The translations under genes were made by a program, and so were the position numbers. The notes beneath the pieces were generated by a model. It did no database searches. It saw only the letters and a list, made by a program, of their open reading frames with translations, and was not told the DNA's origin. A DNA stretch of 64,000 nucleotides from Sporopachydermia quercuum (Eukaryota): positions 384,433 through 448,432 of the forward strand of contig BCGN01000007.1 of NCBI GenBank assembly GCA_001599295.1, given 5' to 3'. Of this stretch, positions 1 to 10,691 are shown piece by piece; the stretch's first letter is position 1; every line of letters begins with the position of its first letter.

Positions 1-18
1 ATCCGCTCACTGACTACT

Positions 19-1146
19 CTAAAATGCAACACCAGCTTCTTGCATTTGCTGTTGTTGAACCATAACAGCCTCAGTGCTGCTTTGAATTTGACAACCAATT
101 CCAATTCGCGAGGTATGCTTGAATTGATCGATTTCTCCTGAAAACAAGACGGAGACAACAGGCAAAACTCTCTTCTCCAAAACAACAGCTACTTTTCCAT
201 CAGTATCCAATTGACCTCTGAACACACTATTGACGAATTCATACTTCGCACCAACAGTTGTTTTGCCGTCAACTTTAGGAGCATAGCCTACGATGCCATA
301 AGGGCTTTGAATAGGAACAACAGAAGCAGTGATGGTACTTTCTAAACCAACTTCTACCTTATCAGTGACTTTCCTCCAGAAAGCAGCCGAAATTCCACCA
401 GTTCCTGTTAATTGACCAGTAAGAATCCAATTTCCAGCGTTGTATCTTGCCAAATAACTGACCATAGCTTCTCTAGGGTACATTGGATTGATTGCTTGCA
501 TAGTAGCTTCTAAGCCAATGGCCAATTTACTGGTTAATGCTTGCAATAATGAACCAGACACAATTCCTGAGAAGCCTCCTTGCAACAGAGATGGATTGGC
601 AACTTTCAAGTTCACACTGAAGTCATTTCCTTGGTAATCTTGTTCCAATTGAACCATAGAAGGTTGTCCTTTCATTTGCTGGAATAGAATCTTGGTCACG
701 GAATTTTTATCCCAGGTGTAAATCAATCTACCAAACTTTGACCATTCATTGTCAGTGGAAGCAACAGCAACGAGTTTTTCTGATTGGAAAACGGGGGTGA
801 ATGAAAATGGTGGAGTAGTTTTACTGCCAGAAGTGAAGCTTTGGGTCACTTGGAACATTGGGTTCATGTTGATGATCTTCATGAAGTCAGCTTTGAGACC
901 TTCGAAGAAAATAGAGTTGACAAATACATCTTTTGTGACTTCTTTGTCTAGATCTTCTACTGTACCAGGGTTGATTAGGTTGAGAGAAGAGCGATGATTT
1001 GCTATAGAGCTGTACACTTCGTTGACGTAGGAAAACACTGGGTTTGATGACCAGAACGAAGATTGCGATTGTTTTTCAGGGAGAATGCTGGGGATTGTTG
1101 GATGGATAGGTGGTAGACCTAGCGGTGTTGTAGTTTGGGAGGCCAT
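19..1146 (-). CDS. TOM40: Mitochondrial outer-membrane translocase pore Tom40
   Basis: 375-aa ORF with Tom40 motifs (LNLINPGTVEDLDKEV, QLEQDYQGNDFSVNLK, TTVGAKYEF..SVFRGQLD). Lies downstream of ERG2 in the same orientation, as in S. cerevisiae. Confidence 0.95.
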   Translation of the reverse strand: MASQTTTPLGLPPIHPTIPSILPEKQSQSSFWSSNPVFSYVNEVYSSIANHRSSLNLINPGTVEDLDKEVTKDVFVNSIFFEGLKADFMKIINMNPMFQVTQSFTSGSKTTPPFSFTPVFQSEKLVAVASTDNEWSKFGRLIYTWDKNSVTKILFQQMKGQPSMVQLEQDYQGNDFSVNLKVANPSLLQGGFSGIVSGSLLQALTSKLAIGLEATMQAINPMYPREAMVSYLARYNAGNWILTGQLTGTGGISAAFWRKVTDKVEVGLESTITASVVPIQSPYGIVGYAPKVDGKTTVGAKYEFVNSVFRGQLDTDGKVAVVLEKRVLPVVSVLFSGEIDQFKHTSRIGIGCQIQSSTEAVMVQQQQMQEAGVAF

Positions 1147-1150
1147 AATG

Positions 1151-1873
1151 CTAGAGATTTGGTTAGTACAGTGGGCAGAAGGTGAAAGAGGAAGATGCGA
1201 CGGTATATTGGACGGAAATTTGGCTTAAGAGCAAGAACCACAGCAGCAAATAACAGTAAATGACAGTAAATGACAATCCAAGAAGATTCTAGAGCTATTT
1301 TTACAATAACAGCGAACAGGGAAACTGTTGGAAGCGACAGTCATCACATTCACAAGTTAAACTGTCCGAGGAAGAGCAGGCAATCCAATCAACAAGATAA
1401 ACAGCTTACAGCTATAAATCACCTTCGGCTATTTCAGTAAAGAATAATCACTTCCTTGGCTTGTTACAAGTATCGTTTCCAATTTCTCTTCATTTGTCCC
1501 ATTCTATTCAAAAGCTCTTGCTTATTCCTCTTGTACTATATTGAAGCTATCAGTCATCAGCTATCAGTCATAAGCAATAATTTTAATTGATTTAAGCCTG
1601 CGCAGCAGCTAAAAAGCAGACAGGTATTTACACAAACCTCCTATGTCATGCTGACTGCTATTTTCCTTATTGTCATTAATTTCCCGTTCTGATAGGTCCT
1701 TGGCTTTGAGGGTAGTGTGATCGATCATCTATCAACAATAGCAACATGTCCTTCAGTATACACATTCTTGTTGCTGGAGTGTCCTTTGAATGATTTCCAA
1801 CTCTGAATAAAACATCAACATCACCTTTCCGCCTCAATTACCTCATTTTCCAATAGAAACTGTAAATACATAC
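1151..1873 (-). other. Putative 5'UTR spliceosomal intron of TOM40
   Basis: Minus strand: TACTAAC at 1168-1162, then CAAATCTC, TAG acceptor at 1153-1151, then CATT-ATG. The best donor is GTATGT at 1873-1868. The donor choice is inferred. Confidence 0.65.
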
Positions 1874-2808
1874 TTAAACTTCAATCAATTCAATGCTTCT
1901 TCAGCTATTTGTTACTGGACGTTTGATCAAGCACAGTAGCAATCAATGGCAAATCTATCAACAAAATGTCGAGAAAAAAAGGGTTTTCCGTTAAACGATT
2001 AATGAGAAAGTATCTTGCACTGTAATATGCTTATTTTCTACAGCTGAGGATAGTTGATAGTAGTGTTATAAGCTGTTGTTAACCTGCTAATAGGTGATGA
2101 TAGGGGAATGAAATGTGTACATACAGGCAAAAGAGAAAATGGTTTTGGAGGTGGGAATAATTTTTCACTTTTTGAATAATGATGATAATTACGTGCTGGT
2201 GTAATACTGGGAACCAAGTCAAGTGCAAGAAATAGCGGAGATGATAACAACAGGGAGTGTTGAATGTTACGGAGAATATAGAGAGGGAGTGGCGGAGATA
2301 TACGAAGGCTATAAGAGGAATCTGATAGAACTATTTGTAGGAAGATTAAAACTGTAGTAAAAATTAGGGTGTATAGTATTAGGAATTGTAATGTCAAATT
2401 ATTCAGTTTATATTGATGTCATTTGATGGATGGGTAAAGCGTTAGGTGACAAATAAAACGGAGATCATAATTGACCAATAACTCATAAGATAAAGGAGGA
2501 GATTCTGAAGATGACTAGTACCAAGAGAAAGAAACCTGTATAACCTGTTTTGAGACAGAATATATATCACGTGACTTATATATTACGCTATATTGGATAT
2601 TCATTCTTATTTGTATAAAAATGGGAATTATATACTTAATTCTATATAAAAGACCCTCCAACCCTCTAAATTGGACTTTCTCTCGACTATTTACTGTAAC
2701 TATTTTTTCTAGATGTTAATGAGACTTTGTTAGTTAACATTTATTAGCGCTGTTGGTTATAGTAAGTCAATATACACCAGTTTTTGTTGTCAGCTTCCAA
2801 TTCTGAGA

Positions 2809-3663
2809 ATGGTTAAAAAAAGTATTGTTTTATCTGATGGAGGAGTTATCCCATCACTTGGGATGGGTGTTTACAAGACACCTAAAGGTGTAGCTAAGGA
2901 TATTGTTTATGGAGCATTGAAGATAGGTTATCGTCATTTTGATTGTGCTCAATTCTATGGTAATGAACAGGAAAGTGGTCAGGGAATTCTTAAATGGTTG
3001 AAGGATACCCCAGGGGCAAAGAGAGGGGATGTCTTTTATACAACAAAAGTGTTCGATACAGATCATGGATACGAAAAGGCTAGAAAGGCAATTGCCAAAA
3101 GTTTCGAAAGAGTCAAAGATTTGGGATATATTGATCTGTTGTTAATCCACTCTCCTCAATCCAATAGAGAGCTGAGATTACAAACATGGAAGGCAATGGA
3201 AGAAGCGGTGAAACAAGGAATTGTCAAGCATATTGGTGTGTCAAATTACGGAATCAATCATATTCAAGAATTGTTAGAGTGGGAAGAGTTAACAATCAGG
3301 CCAGTAATCAATCAAATTGAATTATCTCCTTGGTTAATGAGAACAGACCTCGTTGACTACATGAAGGGAAAGAACATTGTTGCAGAAGCATACAGCCCTT
3401 TAACAAGAGGTAAGCGACTAAACGACAAGACTGTATTGAAACTAAGTGAGAAGTACAATAAAAGTCCTGCCCAAATCCTCATAAGGTGGAGTTTACAAGC
3501 TGGTTTTATTCCTTTACCCAAGACCGCAAACGAAGACCGTGCTAAAGCTAATTTTGACGTTTGGGATTTCAACATCGAAGAAGACGATGTAAATGAACTA
3601 CAGGATCCGACAGCTTATGATCCTGTTACCTGGGATCCTATTAAGTATGAAGATAAAGCTTGA
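2809..3663 (+). CDS. Aldo-keto reductase (YJR096W-like)
   Basis: GYRHFDCAQFYGNE, DLLLIHSP, IGVSNY, QIELSPW, AYSPL and QILIRWSLQ..IPLPK motifs. Confidence 0.92.
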   Translation: MVKKSIVLSDGGVIPSLGMGVYKTPKGVAKDIVYGALKIGYRHFDCAQFYGNEQESGQGILKWLKDTPGAKRGDVFYTTKVFDTDHGYEKARKAIAKSFERVKDLGYIDLLLIHSPQSNRELRLQTWKAMEEAVKQGIVKHIGVSNYGINHIQELLEWEELTIRPVINQIELSPWLMRTDLVDYMKGKNIVAEAYSPLTRGKRLNDKTVLKLSEKYNKSPAQILIRWSLQAGFIPLPKTANEDRAKANFDVWDFNIEEDDVNELQDPTAYDPVTWDPIKYEDKA

Positions 3664-4802
3664 ATTATTACCTTTAAGCTCTACGTTTAGTTCCTCTTAT
3701 GATCTCTACGATGCACATCATTTTTCGGTAGTATGTGGAATATAGTTAGTGCTGAGAATATGTTGTTTTTTGGTGAACCTACCACTACTCTTTCTTTACA
3801 ATAGAGTAAAGCATGACTATGACTCATTTCTCAAAGTGAATTGTCTAGTTATTCAGCATTGATTTTACTCCTAGAATACAAATAAGCTGTTTATGACAGT
3901 GGGGTGATCAATATACGTGTCTAGCATTCACTGTATTTTATTCTGTTTGTTGCTAGGTATCTCGACATTACTACAGGTCCTTTCATATCATTTTATAACA
4001 CAGTCAGGAGGATATTGTTTATGGGCTCTTCGGTGTTGTGCTTGATAAATATATCGTGTGTTTACAGCGAATAACACAATTGTCACTTTTCGGTTGGCTT
4101 GGTGGATCAGTATGTGGATATATATCCATTCTCAATTATTATACAATTTCTCGTTAATTCTTTGATTACATTAAGAAAATCAATGAAAAGATATTGAAAG
4201 CAGCACTTTGAACTGTAACGTACTACTTAAGCTTTTTGGCCTTTTTTAACGTCTCATGTGGCGGTTGAACTGATGTTATTTCTTCTGGTGAGAGCTTAAG
4301 TATTTCTTATACTGATTCTCCAGCCTGTTGAAAAAACACTAGCAAGACCTTTACGCATCATTCAAATGCGATTCTAATGTTCATAATGATTGGTCTTTGA
4401 TAGCATGTTTAGTATACAGTAATTCATGATGTTTCAGCTATACCCAGTTCATAGTTTAGCATGGTAGTGATTTGTGAGAAGAGCTACTCTTTGCTTTATG
4501 ATGCAAGAAAACGGTGAATGAAGTTCCAAATGATGTATACCTTTATCATGAATGGTCGCTCAGAGTAAAGCGTGTAATGCCTGTTTAGTCTTGCAATAAA
4601 TGACCTCTCAGTTTACCAATAAACTAAAGAAGATTTAAGTATTTCTTAGAGGCTAATCCATCAACACTAGGAGCTTTGTCATCAAATGAGGTAAGAATAA
4701 CCAGCTTAGAGTATAGAATTTAAGCCATTCACTCATATTCATAACCAGCCAAGCAAAGCGCATGCTTCTGAATGCTCTCTTAGAGAGTAACACTAGGCGT
4801 AA

Positions 4803-5556
4803 TTATACAGCCACATCTTCAGTCTCCGGTTCACTCTTGTTGATTTCATTTCCCACTTTAATAACATCAACATCAGCATTAGCGTCAGTATCAACGTCAA
4901 TATCAATATCAGTCATTTCGTTCTCCCCCTTGGATTCACTGTGCTCCGACTGAGATTCGTCCAGTTTTGATAGTACTTTAGTTTTTAATAGATTTAGTAG
5001 ATCACTAAAAGATGAACAGAGAAAGTTCTCGTTAGTATTTTATCTCAATGCAACTCCTCCTGCACTGTTTTTTCTATTCTATTCATCAGCTTTTATGATA
5101 TCAACAGAAGTATTATAGTAACCACCTATCACATCTGCTCTAACTACCATCTTTATTTCTCTTCCTTCAAAAACATCCATAACTTCCAACATACATTTTC
5201 TTATTTATTTTAGTTTCTAATACAGCAGCTTTCTCTCTTCTTTCCTCTATGCTTTCATTCAGTCCTTCTATACCTAATACCATTCGTTTTAGATTGTTAA
5301 GTTCTACTCTAATTGCGCCCGTCTGTAAACATAATTGAGATGAAGATGGTTAGAAGAATTCATCAAAAGCGCGGTTAAAAAAGCTCAATTAATGACAGCG
5401 AATCTGTTCGCGAATATACTGTAATCATACCTCATTGTCGACATTTTTGGGGCTTATTTTGTTGTTATTAATCTGTTCTAATATATACACCACTTTCGGT
5501 AGAAGCTCTATTTCGCATAGTCTCTGTATGGCCGCTTCATTGTCTGAAAAACTCAT
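4803..5556 (-). CDS. CSE2: Mediator subunit Med9 (Cse2), 3 exons: 5556-5431, 5322-5195, 5004-4803; 151 aa
   Basis: Intron 5430-5323 (GTATGA..TTCTAAC..CAG) and intron 5194-5005 (GTATGT..TACTAAC..TAG) splice in frame to give MSFSDNEAAIQRLCEIELLPKVVYILEQINNNKISPKNVDNETGAIRVELNNLKRMVLGIEGLNESIEERREKAAVLETKINKKIDLLNLLK plus an acidic tail. This fits the Med9 pattern as I recall it. Confidence 0.82.
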
Positions 5557-6262
5557 TTTGAAAAGGGAGTTTCAAACCTAAATGCAAAGAACAGAGATGA
5601 TCTACTGAAGGTCATTTTTTTCTGCACAATTGGAGTTTCGGTGGTACTATTAATGATAGACAATAAACAGACAAAAGAAGTATTTAGTTTGCAGATAGAA
5701 GAAATGATGAAAAGAGAAGGTAGTTAAATAGCGGAGATCATAATACAACGTGACATGTATCACGTGCATTGGCCGACTGTATATTGGCGGAACTTAAATT
5801 TTGAGCTTGAAAGTAAACTAACCAAAAATAAGGAAGTTAAGCCTAGACTGAAGAAGGCAAATTGTAATCAAAAATTTGTTTGTAATAGATAAGTAAGAAT
5901 AGCTAACACGAATAACAATCCTTTCAAAATGACAATTCTTCCGAATATGAAAAATTATGATCTTCTAACGACTACGGGACATAAGGAAAATACAATCGTG
6001 ACATCGTGACATACTATTCGCGAGATGTGCACGTGATTTTGGCTTCTTGTCTTAGTCGCTGGTTCTTTTTCAAAGTCGCTAATATCTGAAGAATAAACTA
6101 TCAAGAGAGGCAATCAGCTATTAAATACTTCTATGAAATCAATGATCTCATTTTTGCTAAGCGTACATGAAAGTTCAGATTACTGCTACATACAGTACAT
6201 ACATGCATACACTCACTTCATCTTCTAACCATTCTACAGTATAATCAAAGACACCGGCTCGA

Positions 6263-7076
6263 TCAAAACTTACCCTTGAGCAAGTTTAGAATCATGTCCT
6301 TACCTGTCAATTCAACAGTTCGATAGAATGTATAAACGTCCCAGGTAGAAAAAACGAAATCCAGGAACCCAAATGGTAACATTGCAGGAATCCATCCTTG
6401 GGCCAATTCTAAAGCCCAGCAGGTTTCTGGCATTCTATATTGTTTGGAATTGAATGCTTCTAAATGATGTTGATCGCCTGGTTTATACACTTCGGGTTCA
6501 AAAGCACCAGGGAAGAAAGCTTGTTGTTCTCCGACTAAAATAGTGAAATAGTCATCAGCGAAATGGACTCCTGAGTGTCCTTCTGTTCCAACAGCAGTTC
6601 CAAAGAAGATCAAGTATTCAGTAATGGAGGCATGCAAAATAAACATAGATCCCTAATTTATTGTTAGTTTCAATTCGAGTAACATCGAACTATTCAAATC
6701 ATTTATTCAGTAAACTTACCATAGCACCTCCTGCGTTATTGAACACCCAGTCTTCGAGGTTCAAATCGTTGATATAAGCACCATACTCCTTCTTAAGACG
6801 AGTTGTAATATCAAGTAGCAACTCTGTTGTATTGCCGCTGCTGTTTGATTCAATAGCACTCTAATACGCATGTTAGTTTATTACTTCTTGCAGTAAACCA
6901 TATCATAGACTGCTATTACTATTTTCTCCTGATTCCAACACACCACATACCAGACAAATGGATTGTAAAACTTTTGGATCAAAAATATAAAACTGGTTTA
7001 GAACAGTTTTGAACAGCACCAATGCAACATAGAAAATAATACCGCCAACTAACGAATATTTCAGCAATTTACTCAT
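6263..7076 (-). CDS. ERG2: C-8 sterol isomerase Erg2, 3 exons: 7076-6951, 6860-6720, 6652-6263; 218 aa
   Basis: Introns 6950-6861 (GTATGT..AACTAAC..TAG) and 6719-6653 (GTAAGT..AACTAAC..TAG). Splicing restores [38 protein letters not shown] of the ERG2/sigma-1 family and an N-terminal membrane anchor. Confidence 0.95.
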
Positions 7077-7360
7077 CTTGTCGTATGCTATTCAATTCTC
7101 TTAATAGTAGACTATAATAAAATTAATAGTTATTCAATTCAATTGATGATTAGTTCGGTACTCCTGTCTTTTCCTCGCACAGACATTCAATTCCCTTTGA
7201 TCTGCTGATAGCTCGAATTTTATCCTTCTCCTCTTTCCAAGCAGCAGTTTGTCCTATACATATTATATATTTATATCCCATCTATCAAAGACACTCTGCA
7301 GTTCCATTTCCATGTTTATTCTCAGAATAGTGGATAATATTAGGTTTTTCTTTCAGTGGT

Positions 7361-7560
7361 TCGTTTATTTCGCGTGTTTTTCAGTTTCCATTCATGTGTG
7401 TTAGGATAGCATTACTGTATTTGGACGATCAATAAAGTTGTGCCCAGCATTGAATTGAACGAGGGAACGAGACGGAGGTGCCAACTATTTATTGTCTCCG
7501 GAAGCAAGAAGAATAGTTTCCGATATTCGTTAAGCTCGTATGTCATCAAATCATAAACGA
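7361..7560. promoter_or_regulatory. Cluster of sterol-response-element-like (Upc2/Ecm22-type) sites upstream of ERG2
   Basis: TCGTTTA 7361-7367, TCGTTAAG 7527-7534, TCGTATG 7536-7542 and TAAACGA 7554-7560, all 285-485 nt upstream of the ERG2 ATG. Confidence 0.5.
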
Positions 7561-8107
7561 GTTGGTGCATTTCAGTTTGCATATGGAAGAGTGTTGACCA
7601 CGGTAGCGAAAGGATCAGACTAGATAGAAGCTGGTTCGGTGATCGGAAAGCAAATCAAGAAATATTACGTAGAGATTGTGCTTTACTGGATATTTTTATG
7701 CTCGGCGCACTTCAGGTAGTTTGAAGCCATCATTCATATTGGAATTTGAAACAATCAGTTGTAACTGATTGATTGTCTACTTTTTGTTATCTGAGGGCAA
7801 AGACATCTACAAACGGTCTATGAATTTTTGGATTGCAACTCAAGATTTGGGTTTGCAGTAATTTTCAGTAGGATTCCCATGTCTCCTTTTTCTTGCTAAT
7901 CATTTGCCTCAAAATTGTTCAGAGAGGCTGTAGACTAAGACTAAGATTGTTTCACTTCTTATTGTCTCTTATCTTATCACTACCTATTTCAAGCAATTAC
8001 GTTTCAAGCTATAACCTAACGTCTAAATCTCATTAGGTATCAACACACTACAACAGTCTTACTATCCCTCCACAATTTTTACTTTTCAGCAGCTTTTACT
8101 ACTCATA

Positions 8108-9397
8108 ATGGACTTAGCAAAGCAAATAGAGCTAATAATTAGCTCAACTGAGTTGACACAACCCCAGAAAATCGAATCCTACGAGAAATTATTGAACGGG
8201 CTTGATTTGAGTCAGCCAGAATCATGGGAAAAGATTTTAGAAGAACTATGCACATATTTTCTAAAACTACCGACATCTTCTATGGTTTTCCGCACTTGGT
8301 TTGCTAAATTCGTTGACTATTTGGCTGAGAGTACTGCTAACACCATCGCCAGCCATATACCTCATACTAATCAGATTTTATCCATACAGCTATCCATAGG
8401 AGAAAAACTGCTGAGCTCTAAAAGCATATCATCAACAATATCGACGTTCGAAACGCAGGAGACACAACTGAGAGAGCTTATTGGTTCGATCTATGAAATT
8501 AGAAATGAGTTCAGACTAGCCGCTGATACTCTTAAGGACATTTCTTTTGATTCTATCAACAACCATGACCATAAGCTTTCTCTTTACGCGAAAATAGTTC
8601 AATTGTATCTTCAGGAAATTGACAGCAAATCAAACAATTATTCTGCACTAATAGCTACTGCTAACCAGTTTGCTAACAGGGCTAATTCTATTGTCCATAA
8701 GACCAACAATGAAGATCTCAAACTGAGATTGAAAGTATCTCAAGCAAAAATACTCAATTACAACACAAGATATTTGGAAGCGGCCATGCTTTTTTATCAG
8801 TTATCATATAATTCGAATGTAAGTGAGGAAGATCATTTACAATGTTTGAATAAAGCTATTACTTGCACTATTCTGTCTCAAGCTGGGAATTTGAAAAACA
8901 AGTTACTATCAACACTTCATAAAGATGAACGATGCTCAGTGTATTTTCCCTTAGAATACAAGCTCATTGAAAAGTTTTACACTAACGGAATTATCAAGAA
9001 AACAGATGTCGCGGAGTTCTCTCAAAGGTTCAATTCCCGTGAGATATCTGTTAAAACTAGTGATGGTATCCCAGTACTGGATCATGCAATCATTGAGCAT
9101 AATATACTTTCCTGCAGTCTTATTTATGATAACGTGTCAATCGATTATCTGGCTTATATGTTAGGGTTGACAACTGCCCAGGTTGAAGTTTATGCTGGAA
9201 GAATGATACTTGAAGCAAGACTCAATGGTAGAATAGACCAAGAGAAGAGAATCATTGAGTTTGATGGTGTTTTGAGTGGGCATGGATCAGATATGGAATA
9301 TTTAAACCAATGGCATGATCAGATTGATAGATTTTGTCTGAAGCTTGATCAATTAGGAGAAGAGTTAAGAATTATGCAGGGGCAGAGTGTCATATGA
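8108..9397 (+). CDS. CSN4: COP9 signalosome subunit 4 (PCI domain)
   Basis: AITCTILSQAG...LSTLHKDER and VLDHAIIEHNILSCSLIYDNVSIDYLAYMLGL...RLNGRIDQ..IIEF match Csn4 signatures. Confidence 0.85.
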   Translation: MDLAKQIELIISSTELTQPQKIESYEKLLNGLDLSQPESWEKILEELCTYFLKLPTSSMVFRTWFAKFVDYLAESTANTIASHIPHTNQILSIQLSIGEKLLSSKSISSTISTFETQETQLRELIGSIYEIRNEFRLAADTLKDISFDSINNHDHKLSLYAKIVQLYLQEIDSKSNNYSALIATANQFANRANSIVHKTNNEDLKLRLKVSQAKILNYNTRYLEAAMLFYQLSYNSNVSEEDHLQCLNKAITCTILSQAGNLKNKLLSTLHKDERCSVYFPLEYKLIEKFYTNGIIKKTDVAEFSQRFNSREISVKTSDGIPVLDHAIIEHNILSCSLIYDNVSIDYLAYMLGLTTAQVEVYAGRMILEARLNGRIDQEKRIIEFDGVLSGHGSDMEYLNQWHDQIDRFCLKLDQLGEELRIMQGQSVI

Positions 9398-9983
9398 GAA
9401 AGTTTGATGTTGGGATAGTGGGGTATGATTCCATGTACCAAGGATATGAATTAATTGCTATTCAAATGGTATCAAATACTTGAGAGAACACCCCGAAGAA
9501 GTAGAAGTTGTCAATAGAATCTAATCAAATAAGAATGCGTTAATATTGATCAGGCATAAACGGAGACTGACATTACAAGCACAGTAGAAAGATCAATTAC
9601 AATGAGTTCTTGTTCATGATATGAGCTTTCAACGATTTAGCATAATAGAAGAAGAACCAAATAAATTTTGATCAAAACTGTTTGATCTGACACTCTTCTA
9701 GTTTCTNTCAAACTGTTCTTATTATGTTCGTAGTTAATATTGATAACGATATTCGCTCATGTTGCGCGTGTTCATTACGAATAGAAGACATTATATACTC
9801 ATGAACCATACGTTTGTAGTTAGTTATATAATGAGCCTGAAATAAACCAATCGAAAATAAATAACCCTAGTGAACTGAGATATAATTTGCATAATAGAAA
9901 ATGCACCAGAGAGAACCTAAAAAATAAACTATAACCATAGAGCAAGAAATAATGTTTCATAACAATGACCAGTACTTCTCGAT

Positions 9984-10691
9984 TCAAATATCATCAGGTG
10001 GAATCAAAAAAGTGGGCTCTTCAAAATCATCATCATCAGCTTCATCTAGAACTTCATTATCACTACCAGTGTTCTGAACGGAAGAATAATAACTTGAGAA
10101 AACACCTCCTTCGTTCTTACTTCTATCGTTGTCGTTCTCATCCTCCTCTGGTAGAATCTCCACATCATCTAAATCACGTTTCCTCTTTTCTTTTCCTTCA
10201 CCAAAGGGCACGGAAAACTTTTGAGGCGTTGTTGTCCAAGAGCTCAATATACTTGAATCACTAGCACTGTAGTTATTGTAAGAAGACCTGGATAAAGATG
10301 GCATTCCATTGAGAGTTCCTGCAGGTAAACGAACACCTTTATTAACGGCAGGAGTTTTGAAATTCACAGTAGCATTCCTGACCGACTCCAGAAACCTTTG
10401 ATTAGGCGTTGATGTGTATGATGTATCAAATTGAATAGTATCAGTTGTGCTATTGGTGTTCGCATTATTATTGTGAGAGTTGGCTGGTCCATTGAGTTCT
10501 TCAAGAGAATTATTACTTCGCTTATAACCTTCAGCAACACTTTTCCTTATTCTCATGCCAATAGAGGCAAGATTTGCGGTAGAGTCATCAAGGCTGTATG
10601 TATTATTTGAAGAGGAGAAGTATGTTGAAGAATGGTTTGCTGAAGAGACCGTTGAAGGGTCAATATGACGCTTATGACTGAACGCTGACAT
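9984..10691 (-). CDS. DIF1: Ribonucleotide-reductase regulator of the Dif1/Sml1/Spd1 family
   Basis: Hug-domain motif LASIGMRIRKSVAEGYK in a low-complexity protein with an acidic DDFEEPTFL C-terminus. Divergent from CAR2, as DIF1 is in S. cerevisiae. Confidence 0.8.
   Translation of the reverse strand: MSAFSHKRHIDPSTVSSANHSSTYFSSSNNTYSLDDSTANLASIGMRIRKSVAEGYKRSNNSLEELNGPANSHNNNANTNSTTDTIQFDTSYTSTPNQRFLESVRNATVNFKTPAVNKGVRLPAGTLNGMPSLSRSSYNNYSASDSSILSSWTTTPQKFSVPFGEGKEKRKRDLDDVEILPEEDENDNDRSKNEGGVFSSYYSSVQNTGSDNEVLDEADDDDFEEPTFLIPPDDI

Noticed and set aside
2566..2660. Point centromere (CDEI-like ATCACGTG followed by AT-rich DNA)
   Set aside because: No CDEIII CCG element at the expected spacing; the site lies in an ordinary promoter.
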